Notes under the pieces: generated by a model | What the model saw: the letters and a program-made list of their open reading frames with translations, nothing else | Told to the model about the DNA's origin: nothing | The model's database searches: none | From: Vitrella brassicaformis CCMP3155 | Taxonomy: Eukaryota > Protista > Chromerida | Direction of reading: 5' to 3' | Length of the DNA: 64,000 nucleotides | NCBI GenBank assembly: GCA_001179505.1 | Contig: CDMY01000332.1 | Location: forward strand, 52,553-116,552 | Position numbers and translations under genes: made by a program | Shown: positions 57,706-64,000 of the stretch, one piece after another | Position numbering within the stretch: position 1 is the first letter of the stretch | Layout of the letters: every line of letters begins with the position of its first letter

Positions 57706-58607
57706 ATGGCGCCTCGCAAGGTGACGCTTCTGCGGCACGCTCAGAGCACTTGGAATGCGGCCATCGCTGCGCACCTGAGGGCGCATCCGGAGGACCGCGG
57801 GAGACCTTCCGAGGATCTTCCTGACCCGATGCTCTTTGATGCAGACCTGACAGAGGAAGGGTGGGAGCAGGTGTGTGGAGGGCAGGCAGGCAGGCAGGAA
57901 GGTAAAGGAAAAAAGATAGCCACGCCTGCTCATCTCTCCCTCTGTGGTTGTGCTGTGTGGCTGGGTGTGTGTACATGCGTGCCGTGCAGGCATTTAGTGC
58001 GGCCGGGCCATTGTTCGTGTATGGAGCTTCCAAGCCGGACCTCATCGTGTCGTCCCCCTTCACCAGGACACTCATCACATTGCAATGCGCCCTGAAGGCA
58101 ATGGAGGGCGAGTGGGATTTGCCACCCCCCGTGGTCGTCCAGCCGGACCTCCGCGAGCGCCTCACGGCCAGCTGCGACATCGGCCGGCCGCTGCACGAGC
58201 TGAAGAAGGCACTCCACCTCGCCAACCCTCAGATCCTCTTGGCTCTTGAGGCTTCAGCGTGCCACTTCAGCAATCCCGAATGCTGGTGGGCCGACATGGC
58301 TCAGGAGGGCTCGAGCGGTCCGCCGCTGACAGAGGAGTTGGTGAGGCGGCAGGGGGGTGTGCGTGTGGAGCAGCGGGAGACGATGCAGGCCACTGTCGAG
58401 CGGATGTGGCGGTTTTTGGAGTGGCTGGGGGGGCGGGAGGAGGAATGGGTGGTGCTAATTTGTCATGGAGATATCATCCATATCATGACGGACGAGCACT
58501 TCGGCAACTGCCAGCATGATACGTACGAGTATGCTGAGCTGTGCAGGACGGTCAAGTACAAGAGAGGGCAGTTTGCAGAGGCAGACGAGGCCGTGAGGGG
58601 CTCGTAG
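57706..58607 (+). CDS. Histidine phosphatase / phosphoglycerate mutase-like protein (one intron)
   Basis: Motifs LLRHAQSTWN, DADLTEEG, IVSSPFTRTL, PDLRER and LICHG. Confidence 0.92.
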
Positions 58608-59346
58608 GGGGGAGGCAGCGACACATGCATTAACTAAGTGCATGATGGATGGATGGACAATCAGCCGGTGTATCCGGTCTCGTTTGATTTGAAGAGCTTT
58701 AGTGCCACATGGCATGGTGGGAGTCATAGTCATAGTCATGATGCATGCACTGACTGGTGTGACATGTGGCATGTGTGTGGTGTATGGGGTTGAGAGGCCA
58801 GAGGAGCGATCGATTTGACACTCATCTGGTGAGTTGGCCCATCGCAGTGCGTCGGTGTAGCAGGCAGAGGTGCTGCTCGGCCATGTGCACATGCCGCACA
58901 GGGAGCTCACAAACACCACCTGCGAATGAAAACGGGCTGGATTGAGTGGGGTATTCTGCAGATGGACGGGCAAACGTCCTATCTGTCAGCTTCATCCCTT
59001 CCTTTGTCGCTTCTGTCTGTGCGCGGCTGTGTGATGCATCGAGAGTCAGACACACGGACACACACAGTGGGGTGGGCCATATGTATAATGATTGGCTGAA
59101 ACCAATCGTCCATCACGTGAAAAAGCACATGCATCATCCTACCTACAATGCCACACTGTGTGTCTACCTGCCTCTTCTCACATCGTGCGTCCGCAGGTCT
59201 GTCTGTGTGCATCAGACGCCTGCCCTTGACGCACTGCCGAGCCCACGTGTGTGTGGACCACCGGCAACACCTCAATGACCGGCGTGCAATGCAACGCACA
59301 AGAACAGACCCATCGACGCTGACATTCCACCGCCCATCCCCTTTAG

Positions 59347-60175
59347 TCACCCGAAGAATGAGCTCTGTGATGACTCCAGCTTCTTGATGCCCTGCAGTGC
59401 ACTCATGACGACCTCCGCGTTGGTCTCCACCACCATGCCGCCCATCACAATCTCATCCAGTATGTAATTCACCTGCACACACACACACACACACACAAAG
59501 GGAGTGTCACACACGCTGCAATACCCTTCATCTCTCTCATTGATTGCTTGGTTACTTTGTCGAAGTGGTAGATGAGGTCCAGCTCACAGACGTTCTCGAA
59601 GCACGAATCCAGCACCTGCACAAACACCTGCACACGCGGAGAGGAGGGAAAGACAGAGAGGCCGATACAAGAATGCAGCGCCACGATCCTTCACGTATTA
59701 TGCAGTGTGTGGGTGTGGTGGGTGTTTCCCTGACTGACCTGGATGAGGTCGAGTATGCCGAGTTCGCTCTCAGCGCTGTCAACCACAAACACAAAGTAAA
59801 GCGTCGCGAAGTGCCTGCACGTCACACACACACACATGGGCAGACAGGCGTCAAGCGAACTACGGTGATGCTGCGGCTCCATCATGCATACCTGTAGATG
59901 ATTTTGTGGTCGTCTCCGAAGAGTTCCCTGTCTTCTGCGAAGCAGCAGCAGAGGTCGTCGGACCTCCGCGACACGATGTTGTACACCGTCTTGAGCACAT
60001 GCTGCTGCCGCTCGTGGGGCTGAACACGGGATCCATGAATCAACCGCACTCGCTCGTGTCAGACCGGCACCATCCCATCTCTCTCTTGTGTGTCGTGGGT
60101 GCTCACCGTGCCGTCGTAGAACCTCATGAGTCTTGGTTTGCCCTGATTGTTGACCACGATGATGCACCGAATCAT
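59347..60175 (-). CDS. AP3S1: AP-3 adaptor complex sigma subunit
   Basis: MIRCIIVVNNQGKPRLMRFY, IYRHFATLYFVFVVDSAESELGILDLIQVFVQVLDSCFENVCELDLIYHFDK, ILDEIVMGGMVVETN. Confidence 0.95.
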
Positions 60176-60369
60176 CGTATCGTCAAGGGATGGACACGGG
60201 TCAGATGTGAAAAGCCGAGATCTTTCTTTTCTGCAGCAGACACAGCCCTCGCCCTTTCGTTCTTCGCCGCTACTCTCTTGTCGCGCAACGCGAAAGGCGA
60301 TCGCCGCTTTTGCTGAGCTCGGAGCGGATCTTCCATCCCGAGCTTTGTGCCACGCAAGTGTCTAGCAGG

Positions 60370-62591
60370 ATGCATTCCGCTGCACTGCTACTGCTTTACT
60401 GCATTGCTGCCGCTTTCGGCAGCAGCGAGATTGGCAGTGATGGGATGCTCAAGGCTGCTGCAGGAGTTGACACATCCATGCCGATGACGTCCTTTTCGTC
60501 GCTAGAGGATGTGTTTGAGCAGCACATCCCAGAGAAGGAGCGAACACAGGTCATGAGGGTGCTCTACGGCAAGGGCAGGTGAGATGAATGGACCAACGAA
60601 ATGGTGACGGCGATCTTGCTGCGCTGCATGAGTGTGCTGTTGTAGAGGGGCGCTGGAGGTGGCTGATGATGTGGTCGAGTTGGCCGACGCCAACAACTTT
60701 CAGGTCAAGCTCGAGTCCATGGTCAACCTCACCGCACAGGAAGAGGTAACACACAGACAGAGAGACAGACAGACGCTCATGCAGACAGTCAGGCAGGCGC
60801 ACCGTTTGTCTGCCTGTGTGCTCTGTCTGTGTGTCTGTGTGTCAGATGCGCGCCCCTCGTGTGGTGAGGATAGCGGTGGTGCAGAACTCCATCGCCCTGC
60901 CAACCACAGACCCCATCTCTGAGCAGTACCAGGTGGGCACACCACACCACACCACACCACACGACACCGGAAGTCATCTCTTCTTTGCGTGTGTCTGTCG
61001 TGTGGGCGTCAGGCGCTGGTTGACAAGATCGAGAAGATGATCGATGCGGCCGGTATGATGGGGGTCAACGTGTTGGCGCTGCAGGAGGCGTGGCCGATGC
61101 CCTTCGCCTTCTGCACGCGCGAGAAGCACAGGTGGATGGAGTTCGCCGAGTCGGCCGAGTCGGGCCCCTCGACGCAATTTCTCAAACACAAGGCCAAGCA
61201 GTACAACATGGTCATCATCAACCCCATACTCGAGAGGGACGAAGGTGGGTGCGGCGCTTACACGCACCGTGCACAAGCCACTTTGTCCGTGTGTGTGTGT
61301 GTGTGTGTGTTGGTGGCAGCGCACCAGGACCGGATATGGAACACGGCTGTGGTGATAGGCAACAACGGCAACTACATCGGCAAGCACCGCAAGAACCACA
61401 TACCACGAGTGGGCGACTTCAACGAGGCCACCTACTACCTAGAGGGTACGCGGGGTACCCAAACTCGCAAGGCAGACAGGCAGACGCACAGGGTGGGCGG
61501 CCTCCCTGAGGCGTTGGTGTCTTGTGCGCTCAGGCGACACCGGCCATCCTGTCTTCGAGACCGTCTACGGCAAGTAAGCAGCCGCAGCCAGCATCAGTGG
61601 CTGCGCGGTGTGTGCGAGTGTATCTGTGGTCGTGTGTTGGTGCGGTTGGCGTTGGTCCACCGATCATCGCTTCAGGATAGCGGTCAACATCTGCTACGGG
61701 CGGCACCATCCCCTCAACTGGATGGCCTTCGCCATGAACGGGGCCGAGATCATCTTCAACCCATCCGCAACGGCAAGACACACACACACACATCACACAC
61801 AACCACTACCACATGCATCCATCTCTATCTCTCTCTCTCTGTGTGTGTGTGTGTGTCCGATCAGGTGGGTGAGTTGTCCGAGCCGATGTGGCCAATAGAG
61901 GCCCGCAACGCCGCCATCGCCAACACGGTCTTTGTGGCCGCCAACAACCGAGTCGGCACAGAGGTGTTCCCCAATGAGTTCACTTCAGCCGACGGGAAGA
62001 AGGCACACAAAGACTTCGGTAATGTCGCAGGCAGACAGACAGACAGACAGAGAGTAGCTCATCAGCCGACGTGTGTATGTGTGGTCACGTCAGGTCACTT
62101 TTACGGGTCTAGCTACGTGGCTGCCCCCGATGCGTCGAGGTCATCCTCGTTGTCCCGGCTGCGCGACGGAATCCTGGCAGTCGACATCGACCTCAACCTC
62201 ATCAGACAGGTGGGCAACGAAACTCGAGCCGACATTGCCCCACCCACACACGCACGCGGCCTTGTGTGTGTGGTCTCACTGGTCGTCTCGTCAGGTTCGG
62301 GATAGGTGGATGTTTCAGAACACGGCTCGGTACGAGATGTACGCGCAGCTCCTCAACCAGTACATCAGACACGACTTCAAAGTCAGCGGCCAGCGCACAC
62401 ACAGACAAGACAAGGAAAGGAGTGCATCCGTGTGTATCGCATCGGTAGCCTTTCTGTCTGTGTGGGGATTGATTTGATGCCTGCAGCCCGAGTTGGTCCG
62501 CGACCCGGCTCTGGATGACGCCAGGTTACCCTCCAGCACGGCAGCCATACCGCTGTCCACCTGCACGGCCGACTACTGCACAGCTAAGTGA
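60370..62591 (+). CDS. UPB1: Beta-ureidopropionase (beta-alanine synthase, nitrilase family) with an N-terminal signal-peptide-like extension
   Basis: Motifs [63 protein letters not shown] and HFYGSSY. The E-K-C catalytic triad is intact. Confidence 0.96.
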
Positions 62592-63332
62592 CACAAGTGC
62601 TGGAGGGGCGGCTGGGCGGCGGGATGCGTCTGCTTGCGCCGTGGGCTCGTTTGTTTATTGAGAGGTTTATAGCGGTCTGGTGGTCTGTCGGTGGTCGATG
62701 TGCGTGGCATGGATATCATCGGCTGCGCCTTTTTGCGCAGCGGCCAAACCTGTAGGTACCGAATCTGTAGTACCTGTAGCTAGCCTGTGCAGTGCAAGGC
62801 GTGTGTATATGAGCTGCACAGGCATGGAGATATCAATTGCTGACATGACTGATAGCTACTGGCTCATATGGTGCAATCGTGGGGGACGGAATGGTTCATT
62901 CAGACACACGCTTCGCCCTGATTGTGCATCACTGCCGTGTTATGTATCGTCTCTTATCTATGCCGTGGCGTGTCGGTGTCTCCTGCGTGTGGCCGCCCCG
63001 TTCTTGCCCTGATTTGGCGAGGCTGCCTCACAGTAGCTACAAATCGAGAGAAATCGACAAATTGGATATCTGGATGTGAACGGACAATCAGATGGCTCTG
63101 TGGCTTTTCACTTCGTCCAACAAACCAATGCAGAGCACATGTCTTCCCCCCAACACGCGAACCTCTGTCTTCGAGAGACGCCCATGCAAGCAACCAAGGT
63201 GACCAGACGGCACGCAGACACTGAGGCACGTCACACGGCCTATCCCAATGGTGCTATCAGACGCACCGACACACAGCCTAGAAGACCAATCCACCCACCC
63301 GCAATCCCCACCACACAGCTTTGACGATTCCT

Positions 63333-64000
63333 CTACTGCTTGTATTTCTCGATGGCCTTTCTCATTTTGGGCTTCTCGGCAGCGATCTCCCATGGCGTCA
63401 CACCCTGTTGTCATGACATCGCATCACGCAAAGGAATCGGTGACAGACAGACGTGTGAGGACTTACTTCGTCGTTTTTGATGTCCAGCAGCTGCGCACCG
63501 CCCCACTCCAGCAGCTGAGCCGCAGCAGCTGTGGCGAAGGGCCGGCCAGCAGCCAGGTGCAGTGGCGTGTCTCCCATCTGACGTATCAAACATACAACAA
63601 AGACATTCTGTGTTTTTTCCATCCCCCTGTGTGTGTGTCCCTTCTGTATTTTTTCAATCCCCCTGTGTGTGTGTCTCACGTGGTCCGTCTCTGTGAGGAG
63701 GGCGTTGCCTTTGATGGCGTGGATGGCCACCATCGCGTCAACAGCACCATTGTGAGCAGCCTTGTGGGATGCTGTCCGCTTGATCTACATTTGATATGCA
63801 TACAATCGACACACGACAGGCCATCAGAGGCATGTGTGTTCTCGTACATTGTCGCGTGCGTCTGTCAGAATAGGGGGGAGAGAGTCGGGGAGAATGGTGA
63901 AGAGAGGATCTGCCGGGCGGTCAGTCCCGGATAAAGGATTAAGTCAATGCAACGTAAGGTCTGTGGATTTTGTGGAGAGTCCACGTAGGACATGTAGTAT
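63333..64000 (-). CDS. Ankyrin-repeat protein, 3' part (5' end beyond the window)
   Basis: RTASHKAAHNGAVDAM, GDTPLHLAAG, GVTPWEIA...KYKQ*. Confidence 0.8.

Larger units (their letters stand above)
53852..58598. repeat. Tandem segmental duplication, unit about 3.29 kb (copy 1 at 53852-55310 contains the gap; copy 2 at 55311-58598)
   Basis: 53852-54857 matches 55311-56320, and 55158-55310 matches 58446-58598. There is a novel junction at 55310/55311. Confidence 0.85.

Overview
Eukaryotic nuclear DNA, GC-rich, with short microsatellite-filled introns. Red-lineage PsbQ', bipartite plastid leaders and an apicomplexan-type PKG architecture point to a chromerid alga, most likely Vitrella brassicaformis (inference). 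About 19 protein-coding genes were reconstructed by hand from GT/GC-AG junctions: TPPP/p25alpha, ABA4-like, Trf4-like poly(A) polymerase, a large secreted Ig/C-type lectin/PAN/Kunitz protein, an MFS transporter, an NAD(P)-binding protein, an OPR/HPR repeat protein, PsbQ', a CCCH zinc-finger protein, a PKG-like kinase, an IFI44-like GTPase, an F-box/WD40 protein, a histidine phosphatase, AP-3 sigma, beta-ureidopropionase, an ankyrin protein and several unknowns. There are three 300-N gaps. I saw no rRNA, tRNA, CRISPR array or autonomous transposon. The strongest leads are: (1) a dually acylated PKG paralogue with the catalytic Asp replaced by Asn; (2) a CaaX-tailed IFI44-like GTPase transcribed divergently from it; (3) introns flanked by complementary AC- and GT-type repeats; (4) the multidomain adhesin; (5) a 4-nt microexon; (6) a 3.3-kb tandem duplication hidden by a gap; (7) two ORFs only 9 nt apart. 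All family calls come from motif recognition, not database searches.
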